64,000 bases of DNA, taken from positions 52,206,001-52,270,000 of the forward strand of contig NC_045696.1 of assembly GCF_009834535.1 (NCBI RefSeq), given 5' to 3'. The stretch is from Camelus ferus. Its lineage: Eukaryota. Made by a program: the position numbers and the translations under genes. Of the stretch, positions 50,501-63,310 are shown piece by piece. Under the pieces are notes generated by a model. It was not told the origin of the DNA. It saw only the letters and a list, made by a program, of their open reading frames with translations, and ran no database searches. Numbering within the stretch: the first letter of the stretch is position 1; each line of letters starts with the position of its first letter.

Positions 50501-53500
50501 TAACTGAACAAAATTTAGTGGACATTCTCTGAGAAACGTAAAACATGCTAATATAAATATAATTAACAAATAAAGTATTAAGTTTTTTTAAAAAAATAAA
50601 CTAGAGCATAATAAAATAAGGCCAAATACAATAAAAATGGTATTTAAAGATGAGCAAGAGTTATTTCAAGTAATTGCCAACTTACCATAACAATTTAAAA
50701 TAAAACTGAAATTACCATCCTTATGAAGTTTATATAGAATTTGTATAGCTCAGTAGCAATTGTTAATGTTCTATGTATGACTTGCAAGTATTCTGATTTA
50801 CCAGATTTATCAAACAAAATTAAATGTGCCTTTTACAAGAAAGCCTATGGAAGTGAGAAAACAAAAATTTGGAAACCTAAAAAAATAGTGGTTGCCTGTC
50901 ATAACACAACAGCACTCAATGCTTTAAAAATATACTAGTTTTTAATTAGTAAACACTTAAATGTTTGTTTATTAGGTCATTAATACTTAGCAGAATCTGG
51001 GAACCAAAAACTAAAGTATTAGCAACCACTGACAAATGAAGATCAATCTGATTTTATGTTTAAACTTCTAAATTTATAAGTCAGTGGGAAAATACGAGAT
51101 TTATCCAAAAAATCAATTTATTTTGACATTTTCAAGAATACATTGCTTTAAGATAGACCCCTAATGATCAGAGAAGTATGGGAAAGGAGGAAGCAGCAAA
51201 GAAATAATCTTGGGTAAACATCAAAAGAACCACAATGTTCTATTATCAGTCAGCTATGTTGCAGATAGCTTCCCGATGATCCATTGACATATGACCATGA
51301 CAGAACTAGCAAAAAGTGCAAAAATAGGTTGAGACTTAGAACCCACTTTCCCTCTTAAAAATGCTACATCACAAACTGCAAGGATTAGGTGGCCAAATTT
51401 CAACATCAAAAGTACACTTGGCATATGAACCAGATCTAAGAATAATGATCTTTGTTTTCCAATAAAAGCTAATAAGCTGAAGTTTACTTAACTCTTTCCT
51501 TATTTTTGAGCTTCTCAAGGATTACTGAAATTGGAGACTACATATGAAAAGATAGTTCATCATTTCCAAAAAAGATATTCATCCAGATTGCCCTCCAATC
51601 CGTGAAATCTGAGATGCCTAAGGAGTCTTCTTTGTGAAAGCCTTACAAATATATCCAAAGATGGTGAGTCCCATATGGCTCTGATAAATGAAACCCGTTA
51701 TTGTGAATTTCAAGCTCTTCTTTAAAACAAAACACTATTGGGTGGATTTGGTACTCATGAAATAAAGCACTAATTGCGTGGCCTAACTACACTCTGAATC
51801 CTCTCCCTAGCAGACATTTTAAGTTGTGCCAAATTGGTTTTGGGATGTGAACAAATATTCTGGAGCCAGACTCTCACATGCAAGCACTACTCCCTGGAAG
51901 TAAGTTGGACACTCTTGGAAACTGCATTAACTCTTTCAGGCCACCAGGGAACCTAACTCACAAAAGAAAGGCCTCTTTTAAGATGAAAATAAGTCATTCA
52001 TTCTCAAGTCAAACCCAAGTAAAAAGTAAATAGCAAAAACTGACTTTTGGCCAGTTCAGCAGTAAAGTATCCATAGATATTAGATAGACCCTATACCCTA
52101 ATGGATGCCTATTCAAATGTATCCAGAAAAATCTCATTCCTCTTTTCCTATACGTGCATAATTTCCAAGACATTAATAAGAGTTGTGTATATTCAGGAGA
52201 GAAGAATTCACTTTAAGCTTAATACGCCACATTTGCCTTAGGCAGAGTGATGAGAAACTTTTGTTTCTTTGGTAACCACTTTCACCTTAATGTAACAGGA
52301 AACTTCTGGAGTTTTTGTTTCACCACATGAAATATAATTTCCACACTGGGACTTTTTTCTATGGTCTTCCCATCCTGGTTCAGAAAGATGCCTAAAAACC
52401 TAGAACTGAATACTTAAATGCCAGTTAATCTAATCCCTCCCACTCAGATTTAGGAATTAATACAAAAACACTTTTTAAAAATACCTAAATGTAAGAAAAA
52501 ATTTATAACTACCAGTTTCTTCCTTCTTTCTTTTTTCTTTTTTTTCTTTTTTTCTTTCAGTCTTAGTTTCTTCAGAAGCAAAGTAATTTCTTAGGAACAA
52601 GTGTTACTTTTTTAGGGAATTTTAATTAAGCATTTTATTTACAATATGCTGAAAACAGCATTTCCCCTTTTAGCTCACTGATAAATATCCTGGCTTATAT
52701 TTGTCCTCAAGATCACCCAACTCCACTGACTATAATTTTACATTTTTAGGTCACTGCCATTCTGTGACTGTCACTTTCCCCTTTCATCTAAAAGACTTAG
52801 TAAAGATATAGATAAAAGGAAAACTACTTTTTTGGGGTAGAAAATAACTAAATGCTTGTGAAGAGTTTTATTTTTTGAACCACTTCTGGTTTAAGCCTTC
52901 TGTCATATATTTCTTCAAGAACCATATTTAATTTCCTGCCAATTGGTGTGAATTTAAGAGTATTACCAGAAGCCTATGTTCCATTTCTAGCAAAGCCTTA
53001 TATTCTAACAATTAGCCCATGTGTGCTGCTGCCAATGACTCTATTGCTAAGACATAAAAAACAACAATCTCATCAGACCCTAAAAGGAAATGAGCTGCTA
53101 TTTGCAAGTAGATGGGACCCATTTGGTGAATCAGATGTGTAGCTGCTTCTGACCTCAATTAATTCAAACTACGATTCTTAGAAAAGAAACTAAGTCTGCA
53201 GATATGTCAATGTAAGGACATATACCTGACTTTCATTGGGGCTTTGGAGCTCAGAATAACTCTTAAATATTTCTCAATAAAAATTTAGAGGATCTGTTAG
53301 TGCAGTAAGGCCTGTTAGTGCCACGTCTGATATAATGGCATTGTTTCTAAGTTCTGAGGCTTATTTCTTTAGTTAGTTGCTGGTAACCAAATAAAACTCA
53401 TATTCTAGTTGAGTTTGCTTGACACCTAGAATCATACTAATAACATTAAGAGGTAAATGGTAACACTCAATCTCCATATCAAAAATGTTTTGCCTGTTTT

Positions 53501-53821
53501 TTAAAGCAAATATTTATTACATCAGTGAGAAACTGATTGAATACATACTGACAACTTCAACAGAGTGATACTAGGGCCAAGCAGCAATTTTCCCACGGAG
53601 TCTAAATAAAGGGGATATTGGGGCAGTTATAAATCCTTTATGGAAGACTGAAGTTTTGATTTATATTTCTATCATGGTGCTCTTTTCCACCCTAAATCCA
53701 TATACTGACATCAATTTAGGAGAGGCAGCATCAAAACTTGGTATATGTTCATTTCAAAATCCTATGATTAATCGTAATTAGGACTTCTAAAAAATGGTCT
53801 TTCTTTAGTAGGAATCTTACA

Positions 53822-56800
53822 TTCCTTTCTCTTTTTGTGTATGTGTATTTACTATCAGCTTTTGTTTTGTGGTTACCATGAGGCTAAGCAATGAAGAACA
53901 AAGCCCAAAGTTAGTAGAAGGAAGAAAACAACAAAGATTAGAACAAAAATAAATGAACTAGAGACTAAAAAGACAATGAAATCAATGAAATTAAGAGCTG
54001 TTTCTTTGAAAAGATAAACAAAATTGACAGGCCTTTAGACAGACCAAGAAAAGAGGGAAGAGGACTCGAGTAAATAAAATCAGAAATTAAAGAGTAGCTA
54101 TTATAATTGCACCACAAAAAATACAAAAGATTAGGAGAGACTACTATGAACAATTATATGCTAACAAATTGAACAACCCAGAACAATAGATACATTCCTA
54201 GAAGCATACAACCTACCAAGACTGAATTATAATGAAACAGAAAATATGAACAGACTGATTACAGCTAAGGAGATTGAATTAGTAATCAAAAACCTCCCAA
54301 AAGTCCAGAACCAAATGGTTATACTGGTAAATTCTTCCAAATTCAAAGAATACCAATTTATCTCAAAGTCTTCCAAAAAATAGAAGAGGAAGAAACTCTT
54401 CCAAATTCATTTCATGAGGCCAGCATTACCCTGATACAAAAACCAGAAAAGGATGCCACAAGAAAAGAAAATTATATGCCAAGATCCCTAAGAACATAGA
54501 TCCCAAAATCCTCATTAGCAAAGTGAATTCAACAATACGTGAAAAGGATCATACACAATGACCAAGTGGGATTTATGTCAGAGATACAAGGATGGTTCAA
54601 CATCCACAAATCAGTCAGTGTGCTGCTATTAACAAAATGAAAAATAAAAAATCATATGATCATCTCAATAGATATAGAAAAAGCATTTGACAAAATCAAA
54701 CACCCTTTTATGATAAAAACTCTCAACAAAGGAGGTATGAAAGGAATGTACCTCAACATAATGAAGATCATATATGACAGGCCCACAGCTAGCATCATAT
54801 TCAATGGTGAAAAGCTGAAAACTTTTCCTTTAAGATCAGGAACAAAAACAAGGATGTCTACTCTAATAACTTTTATTCAATATAGTACTAGAAGTCCTAT
54901 TCAGAGCAATTAGGCAAAAAAAAAAAAAGAAAGAAAAGAAAAGAAAGGGTATACAAATTGGAAAGGAAGAAGGAAAATGGTTACTATTTGCAAATGACAT
55001 ACGTAGAAAATCCTAAATACTCCTTCAAAAAACTTAGAACTAATAAACAAATTAAGTAAAGTTGCAGGTTACAAAATCAATACACAAAATCTGTTGTGTT
55101 ACTACATATTCTAACGATGAATTGTCAGAAAGAAATTAAGAAAACACTTCCATTTACAATTACATCAAAAAGAATAAAATACCTCAGAATACATTTGACT
55201 AAGGAGGTGAAAGACCTATAAATAGAAAAATACAGGGCATTAATAAAAGAAACTGAAGAAGGCACAAATAAATAAAATGATATTTCATGTTCATGGGTTG
55301 GAAGAATTAATACTGTTTAAATGCCCATACTACCCAAAGCAATACATAGATTCAGTGCAATCCCTAACAAAATTCCATTGGTATATTTCACAGAAACAGG
55401 AAAAAGAACCCTACATTTCTGGACCATAAAAGACCTCGACTAGCCAACACAATCTTGAGAAAGAAGAACAAAGCTGGAAGCATCATGCTCCCTGATTTCA
55501 AACTGTATTACAAAGTTATAGCAACTAAAACAGTACACTGGCATTTTAAAAAGACACACAGATCAATGCAACAGAATAGAGAACCTAGAAAATAAATCCA
55601 TTCGTACAGGTCAATTAATTTAGAATAAAGGAGCCAAGAAAATACAATGGAGAAAGACAGTCTCTTCAACAATGGTATTGGGAAAACTGAACAACCACAT
55701 TTTAAAAAATGAAACTGGACTGCTACCTTATACCACACACAAAAATTAACTCAAAATGGGATGACGACTTGAATGTAAAACCTGAAACTAAACTCTTAGA
55801 AGAAAATATACGTGGTAAGTTCCTCAACATAGGTCTTGACAATAATTTTTTTAAATCTGCACTGAAAGTAAAAATAAACAAGTGGGATTATACAAAACTA
55901 AAAGTCTGCACAGCAAAGAAAATCATCAACAAAATGAAAAGGCAACTTACTAAATGGGAGAAAATATTTGCAAACCATATATCAGCTAAAAGGCTAATAT
56001 CTAAAATCTATAAAGAACACATAACTCAACAGCAAAAAAAAAAATCATTTAAAAATGGACAGAAGATCCAAATAGATATTTTTCCAAAGAAGACAGACAT
56101 CTGATCACTACATACATTAAAAAAAATGCTCTTCATCATTTATCACCAGGCAAATGCAAATTAAAACCACAATGAGATACCACCTTACACCTGTTAGAAA
56201 GACTATTATCAAAAAGACAAGAAACAACAAATGTTGGCCAGGATGTGGAGAAAAGGGAAACCTTCTGCATGGTGGGAATGTAAATTGATACAGCCACTAT
56301 AAAAATCAGTGGAGAGGTTTGTCAAAAAATTGAAACTAGAACTAGAATTACCATATGATTCAAAAATTCTACTTATGGATATTTTTTCAAAGAAAACAAA
56401 AACACTTATTTGAAAAGATACATGTATCCTCATGATCACTGCAGCATTATTTGCAATAGCCAAGATATGGAAACAACCATAGTGTCTACCATTGGATGTA
56501 TGGATAACGAAGATGTGATATATTGTGTGTGTGTGTGTGTGTGTGTGTATAAAACAAACAACAAACCCATAGTAAATATACACACAATTTTATATATATA
56601 TGTGTGTATACACACACACACAAACACACACACACACACACACACACGTAATTCAGGCATAAAAAAGAATGAAATCTTGCTATTTGGATGGACCTTGAAG
56701 GCATTATCCTAATGGAATAAGTCAGCCAGAGAAAGACAAATACCATATGTACTCTCTTATATGTGGAATTTAAGAATATATACATATTTCAAAAATCTAA

Positions 56801-56910
56801 GCTCATAAATACAAAGAACAGACTGGTGGTTGCTAGAGGTGGCGGGTGAAGGGAGCGAGCAATGGGTGAACTGTTTGTTTTTGTTTTTTGTTTAAATAAA
56901 TTGAATTTTT
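53822..56910 (+). mobile_element. 5'-truncated older L1 with a short inverted 5' segment (53822-53885)
   Basis: ORF2 fragments (54656-54913 [16 protein letters not shown]; 55709-56104) and a 3'UTR. 53822-53885 is the reverse complement of inter-ORF sequence like 36351-36405. Confidence 0.9.
56524..56647. repeat. Compound (TG)n / (TA)n / (CA)n microsatellite within L1
   Basis: Read directly; the TG and CA tracts are mutually complementary. Confidence 0.9.
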
Positions 56911-56934
56911 AAATACTAAGAAAATTTGAATAAA

Positions 56935-57100
56935 TTATGAACTTTAGTTAATAATAATGCATCAATATCATTCATTAATGTTAACAAGTGGACCATGCCA
57001 ACGTAAGATGTTATTAATAGGGGAAATCATTGTGCGGAGAGTACTATGAGGACTCTGTACTATCTGCTCAATTTTTTTAGTAAATCTAAAAACAAACAAA
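56935..57100 (+). mobile_element. Old L1 (L1MC/MD-like) 3' end
   Basis: ACTTTAGTTAATAATAATGCATCAATAT...GATGTTATTAATAGGGGAAA...CTCTGTACTATCTGCTCAATTTTT...TAAATCTAAAA. Confidence 0.7.
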
Positions 57101-59109
57101 CAAATAAAATGGCTTATCTTTTATTAAGTGCCCATCACATTTTTTCATGTTTAGAGGTATGCCGTGAGCTCAGACCCAATTTATTCAAAGCCATATTTTT
57201 TTTCCTGGTTCCATGTTTATTACTTACAAAACTCCAGTAAAATAGAGGCAGAAGACTTAACATAATGCACACTGTTCTTACAGCTCAGCTAGTTTTAAAT
57301 GGCCTTAATAATCAATATATATTTATTCAACTAGCTTCTAAACCTGAAATTATAGGCAGACATTTTTTTAGATCTTAAAAAAGTAGCAAAACAAAAACAA
57401 GAACAAAACCACAAAGAAACAAAAAAAGGGAAGGAAAAGTAAGCAAGTATACTAGAAAGATATCTTGATCATCAGAGAAACTGGATTGTCCAATTTCCTT
57501 ATTGAAGCAACAAGTTAACCTAGTTTCCAAAATTAACCTCCACACTAGAAACTACTGTGTAACTTTAGGCAAGTTACTCAACATCTATTGGGTTCTATTT
57601 TTCACTCTGTAAAAAAGGGGTAAATATCAGACACCAACTGCTTTCTTTATCCCTACACTGGCTAGGTTCTTCTAAAATGTATTCCCTGAGCCAAAACCTA
57701 ACCCACATGCCATCAGTTATTTTCCCTCCTCTTCCCTGTCTCCTTTGCCTCTGCAGAGAAATAAAATTAGCAGTCAAAGTTAAACAAGCCCACTGGGCAA
57801 GACAGTGTTCAGTTTAAGGAAAGGGTTGGAGTAAGCTATGTTAAAGTACTCCTTTGGCCCCAAAGGTTCATTGTTGGGATACTACCTCCCACAACTAGCT
57901 CCACTGGAATTTTTCTCAGGAAAATGGAGAACTGTTTTAAGATAGACATGCCCTTTAAGCTGGTCTCAAATCAAAATAAATTAAGGATGTTCAAAAACAC
58001 CCTACAGGGTTTTCCCTGTGGAGCTTAAGTAAATCACTGACCAAATTTTCCAGTTTATGCTCTGCTGCTAAATGGGACTTTCTAAAAAAAAAAAAAAAAA
58101 GTTTTAATTTCTGTATCTAAAAAAGAGTAAGGGTAAAAGTCTTCATTTCATATTTTCACTCTTCTCTCTTCATGGTAGCATTCATTTGCTTGATAGAATT
58201 TAAAAGAACACTATTTAGGAAAGACCACCCCTAGAAAAGAAAGTTGAAATTAAACCCAATTTTCCAAAAAACTTGAAAGTCTGCTAAATACAACACTATA
58301 TCCCCTGGTTAGTGACTTTGTGGGTCTTTGAAAAAAAAAAATCTACGTTTTAACACATAATTACAGAGACATAAATAATATGTCCAAAATATATGCATAC
58401 CAAATTTATAAAATTATGATTATTTTCACACCTAGAAGATACATTTTAGAACTTCAGAACTGTTAGTACCCTATTGCATTTAAAATATTATTAAATTATT
58501 AAAATTCATAAACATAACATTTGTAGCAATTCATATACCTGGTAAATGAGAAGTTGTATTAGTTTGTACACTATACTGTATACACAGGTTGTCATTTTAT
58601 ACCATGAGGCTTTTTTTTTATAAGAAAATCACAAATGCTCAGGAATTAACTTTTTGGATTTTGGATTTTAAGAAGCACTGATACCTTGATACTATTAATA
58701 CATTTATTGGATTTTAAATGAAAATCAATTATTTTAAGACCAGTAACAATGGCTATGGAGGCCATGAAATTGTTGTCTTCATGGCATGTCATAATAGGTA
58801 AGAATGAAATTTTCATTCAAATGATCTGTTCCATCAAAGGGTTTCAACTCTCAAATAAAAATATAAACAAAAGGTGATTCACTTCAGCTGACTTCTCTAA
58901 GGCATTATGCATAGTTAACACCAAACTTTACAAGACTTAAAAAAATATATTACTAATCTGATTAAGTGTGGCAAAATGGTTTGTTCCCTACAAAGGAAAT
59001 GAACTTAAGTCCCGCAAAGTTTAATTAGCATTTATTGGCTTCTGCTTACCAAACAGAGGAACAGCCTGATTCTGCAGGTTAACTGTAAAGCAGAGTCAGA
59101 AATTGCATG

Positions 59110-59335
59110 TACTGGTGGTTAAGAGCACTAAATGTGCTGTGGAAGTTCAATTGAACCAAAGTTCAATCCCAGTTCTGCCACTTACCAGATCTGCAATCTT
59201 GGGTAAGTCACTTACCCTTCCCAAATTTGGCTTTCCTTACCTGCAAAGTGGGTTAGAAAATACCTCTTAACAAAGACACAGGGGCTAAAAAAGATCTCAT
59301 AGACAATGTTTTTCACAGCTCAATAATTATGATTA
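59110..59335 (+). mobile_element. MIR SINE
   Basis: GTGGTTAAGAGCAC...GTTCAATCCCAGTTCTGCCACTTACCAG...CTTGGGTAAGTCACTTA. Confidence 0.8.
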
Positions 59336-59940
59336 TCATTCATAGTTAGATATCTTCTTACCTTTCAGAAATCTTGAATTCTACCTCCAGCTAAAAATTA
59401 TTTCTCAATGGAAGAATAGGAAAAAAATTCAATTTATTTTAAATGATGTAAGCTATAATTATTATACCATATCACTAAAGCATTTTGTGGCCCTCAAAGC
59501 TAAACATTATCATTTAACATAATGGGAACCTGGTATAGATTTATTGGATTAGGGAAAAAATAATATGATGTAATAGAAAGAGTTTAGGCATTGAATACTG
59601 GCATTGACACTTAACAGCTCTGTGAACTTGGCAATTTAATTTATCAGCTTCAGGATTTCTGCCTGTAACCTAGGCAGAAAACCAGACTATACAACAGAGT
59701 TGTAAGATTAAATTAAGCAAGTTATGTGAAAGATGCTCAGTAACTTCTCTTTTCCTTCATTTTGGCTTATTATGGTCAGAGTGGTAATTGCTATTTTTCA
59801 AGCCTAAACTTTTCTTACATAGCAATACCAACTTGCCTGTCTATGTAAAATGAGATTGTCTGTAGTGAAGGAATAATGTGAATGATAAGCATGCATTCAG
59901 GAGCAACAGTAAATATATCTTAGCAATATACCCTAGAAGA

Positions 59941-60237
59941 GCAATGGATCTCAAACCTTGCAATATTAGAATTTATGAAGTAGATTTTGTGAAATATAGA
60001 TGCCTGAATACCAGTCTAAAGATTCTGATTTAGGATATCGGGGAGCAGAACCTAGAAACCTGTACATTTAAAAATCCCCTACCTGATTTTTACGGGCAAT
60101 AGCAAAAGAAACTAGTGTTTTCTAACAGGTGTGGACCAGCCAGGATGAAACCCTATTAGGGATGGAACTCAGAAATCTGAATTGTAACAAACACCCTAGG
60201 TAATTCTTAAGTACGTTAAAGTTTAAGAACCACTGGA
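59941..60237. mobile_element. MER5-family hAT DNA transposon relics (two adjacent)
   Basis: CAATGGATCTCAAAC...AGATTCTGATTTAG...CCTAGAAACCTGTACATTTA, and GAAATCTGAATTGTAACAA...GGTAATTCTTA...AAAGTTTAAGAACCACTGG. Confidence 0.7.
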
Positions 60238-60347
60238 CTAAAGTCCAATACTACAGTATCAAAAAATAAATTTGGTCATATTTGGTTATTTAAAAATTTT
60301 ACCTTCTATTTTAAGAAACATCACTGTCAAAAATGAATGTATGAATG

Positions 60348-60483
60348 GATATATTATACAGCACAGGGAAATATAGCCATTGTTTTGTAATAACTTTAAA
60401 TGGAGTATAAGCTATAAAAATATTGAATCAATATGTTGTACACATGAAACTAATGTAATATTGTAAATCAACTATACTTCAAT
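60348..60483 (+). mobile_element. Short L1 3' end with TSD
   Basis: TACAGCACAGGGAAATATAGCC...CAACTATACTTCAATAAAA; TSD AAAAATGAATGTATGAATG (60329-60347) and AAAAATGAACTTATGAATG (60484-60502), 17/19 identical. Confidence 0.85.
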
Positions 60484-60552
60484 AAAAATGAACTTATGAA
60501 TGATGCATAAAAGCTTATCTAAAGGAAACACTAATTTTAGGCTCATAAGGAT

Positions 60553-60585
<33 letters not shown>
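60553..60585. repeat. (TAG)11 microsatellite
   Basis: Read directly from the sequence. Confidence 0.95.
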
Positions 60586-60587
<2 letters not shown>

Positions 60588-60804
60588 TACAGATTTTCAA
60601 ATCAAAATCTAGAAATTGGGCAAACATATCAAGTCATCTCCAGAGAGCATAAATCACTGAGAAGCACTCCAACTAAGAAATGCCATGAATTTCAGGGTTT
60701 TTTAAATTTGTGTTTTGCTTTGTGCTTTGACTTAGGTTTCTATTATCCATTAATTAGACCAGTTTTAAAAATTTATTAAATTGGTATTTATAAAGAAATT
60801 CTCT

Positions 60805-60940
60805 ATACATTGTCATTTAATCCTCAGGATAACCTTGCGAGGTAGTTAGGAAGGGTAACATTTATTATCACCTTTCTGCAAATAAGAAAACCAAGCGTAC
60901 GTAACAAGCCTAAGCAACTTGCTAAAAGTCATACACTTTG
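60805..60940 (-). mobile_element. MIR relic
   Basis: TCATTTAATCCTCAGGATAACCTTGCGAGGTAG...AAGAAAACCAAG...AAGCAACTTGCTAAAAGTCATACA. Confidence 0.7.
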
Positions 60941-61800
60941 CTGTTTAAAGTAATATATGGACTGAAAACCCCAGATGTAAATTCCATGCAAAAATTCTGA
61001 AATTTAAAACTAAGAACTCATTTTTATAAAATTTTTAAAAATAGCATAAAAGAGTCTCTAAATTGCAGGTAGTCTCAAGTCCTATAGCAAAGCTTGGGTT
61101 CATCTTGCTATTTAAATTTACTGTAATTGATTTATTTTATGGTTAAAGAATAGAAGGAAAGTGGAGCTCAATTAACCAAAATCTAACAAAAACATTTAAG
61201 CAAAAAATTGGAATATCCATCAGTTATAATACTATTTACTCTGCCCATTTGCAGTTCTGTCCTTTATAAGTAAAGCCCCTTTATAAGAAAAGTGCCTCAG
61301 TTTTCCCTTCTAAAACATGAGCTATCAAATAGTACTTTCAAAAGCTAGCAATTTAATTTTCATCTATCATGGTACTTTAAAAACTGTTAAACCAAATATA
61401 CAACTAGAGTAGCACCAACAGGTGTCTAATCCCTATTTTAAAAAATCCAGAACAAAAAGTACCTTAAAATCAACTAGCCCAGCCTGCTCATTTTATGCAT
61501 GGGAAACAAACCTAGAAAAGTTAAGTATCTTACTCAAGATAACGGAACAAATTTGTTGTAAAAGTAGAACTAGAGATTAACTATCTTTACCCCAAAGTCA
61601 ACTACAATATACACTGTGAATAAGCAACACACTGTTTTCATTATCAAAAAGAGAAACAGATATTTTTAATGTGAGAGAAAGTAAATTTATAAAGGAATGT
61701 TTGGAAAACAGGAGGTATCAGAAGGTATTTTTCCAAATAGAAAAAGCAGTAAAATTATTTAAAATTCAAAAAATAATAATAATAAACAATAAAATAATAA

Positions 61801-61843
61801 ATACATACATACATACATACATACATACATACATACATACATA
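61801..61843. repeat. (ATAC)10 microsatellite
   Basis: Read directly from the sequence. Confidence 0.95.
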
Positions 61844-63199
61844 AATTTTAAAAACGAGAAGTTATAAACTAGCCAGATATAATCATTTATTCAGACCTCA
61901 AACATCTGAGTGCCTCTGGGCTGAATGCTATAGAAAGTTCTAGAGGCAGAAGGATGAATAAAACACAGACACTATCCTGGAGAAGCTCATGGTTTAGCTG
62001 GAAGATATGCTTACAAAGAGTGGCAGTACAATGTGAAAAGTGATGTTATCAAGTTATGCATATAAAAGTCACACTGAGAATGTTCAGGAAGGATCACCTC
62101 ACTGTCTGAAACAATTGGGCTAAGGCTTAACAAGTGGTAAGAATTATATGAATATCTGACAATCCCTGACTTCTTCACCCCTAATTCTAAATTGAACTCA
62201 TCCCTGTTTGTGACTGGAATTTTTAAACTATTTTTAATATACAATGGGATGAGAGAAGGGGTAAAGTGAACACATCCTAACTTCTCTTTGAGTCGTAAGA
62301 ATTGCCAAACACATTAAAACACAGATTTTCGTGCAGCTACTACAAAATCAGAGCTTGAAACAATTTGCCAAATATTTGCAAATGTCCTGTTCTTTCTTTT
62401 TCACTGTGTCATGCATCAGTTATTCTCACAGCAAGAGGGACACAAGGTGGCACTGTCGTGCTGACATTTATTTCAGGACCCTTTCTAAATGGACAAATTG
62501 GAAAAAGGCAAAAGGGCCTACTGTGACAACTAAAACCTTCTCCTAGGTCTTACCAGCATTAACAGTGGTCAAACAAGGAACAAATCATTTTGCATTTCAT
62601 AAATATTACATCATGCTGGTATAGAAGAGAACACATTCTCTGATGGTTTCTGCAAAATACCATGTGTGTTCATAGATACGTTCAAACGCATATAGTGCAG
62701 CTTTGCCAATAGAAAGTCAGAAGTGAGCTGTTTACCATGGGCCAGACCATGGTCATGGACCACCTCTCCATCTAGTGGCCAGTGGGGAGGAATGTTGTGT
62801 TTCATTCAATTAAAAGCAGCCCTTTTATCAGAACACCCATGGGCAATTATGTCACTTTGTCTGACAAATGACAATTTTTGGTATACTGTATTCACTGAAT
62901 TATTAAATAGACCCAGTAATATAATGTGATATCAATTTAAGCTGAGGATAACAATAACCAAAAAATTAAAGTATGTATGGTCTCTCAGATCAGCTAAATT
63001 CCCTTTATTCTTCCATCATTACCAACCTAAACTTCTCTCCACTCATTTGTGATATATAGGTAGAAAATACAAGCAGAATTACATGTGTGTTTGTGTATGT
63101 GTGTATATATATGTGTGTATACACACACACACACACACAGCTATTTAAAATAGAAGCACATGATCTTTAAGTAAAAGAAAAATCTAAAAAAAGGTTTTG

Positions 63200-63310
63200 C
63201 TTTCATTTTACAGGCAAAGAAACTGAGGAACAGAGAGATTATGATTTATTCAAAATCATACAGTCAGAACCAGAAACCAGGCCTTCAAATTTAACCACTT
63301 TAAATCCTTT
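63200..63310 (-). mobile_element. MIR relic
   Basis: CATTTTACAGGCAAAGAAACTGAGGAACAGAGAG...CAAAATCATACAG. Confidence 0.7.

Noticed and set aside
663..56785. Many hydrophobic F/L/I/S-rich minus-strand ORFs resembling membrane proteins
   Set aside because: They are antisense shadows of A-rich L1 sequence or of microsatellites.
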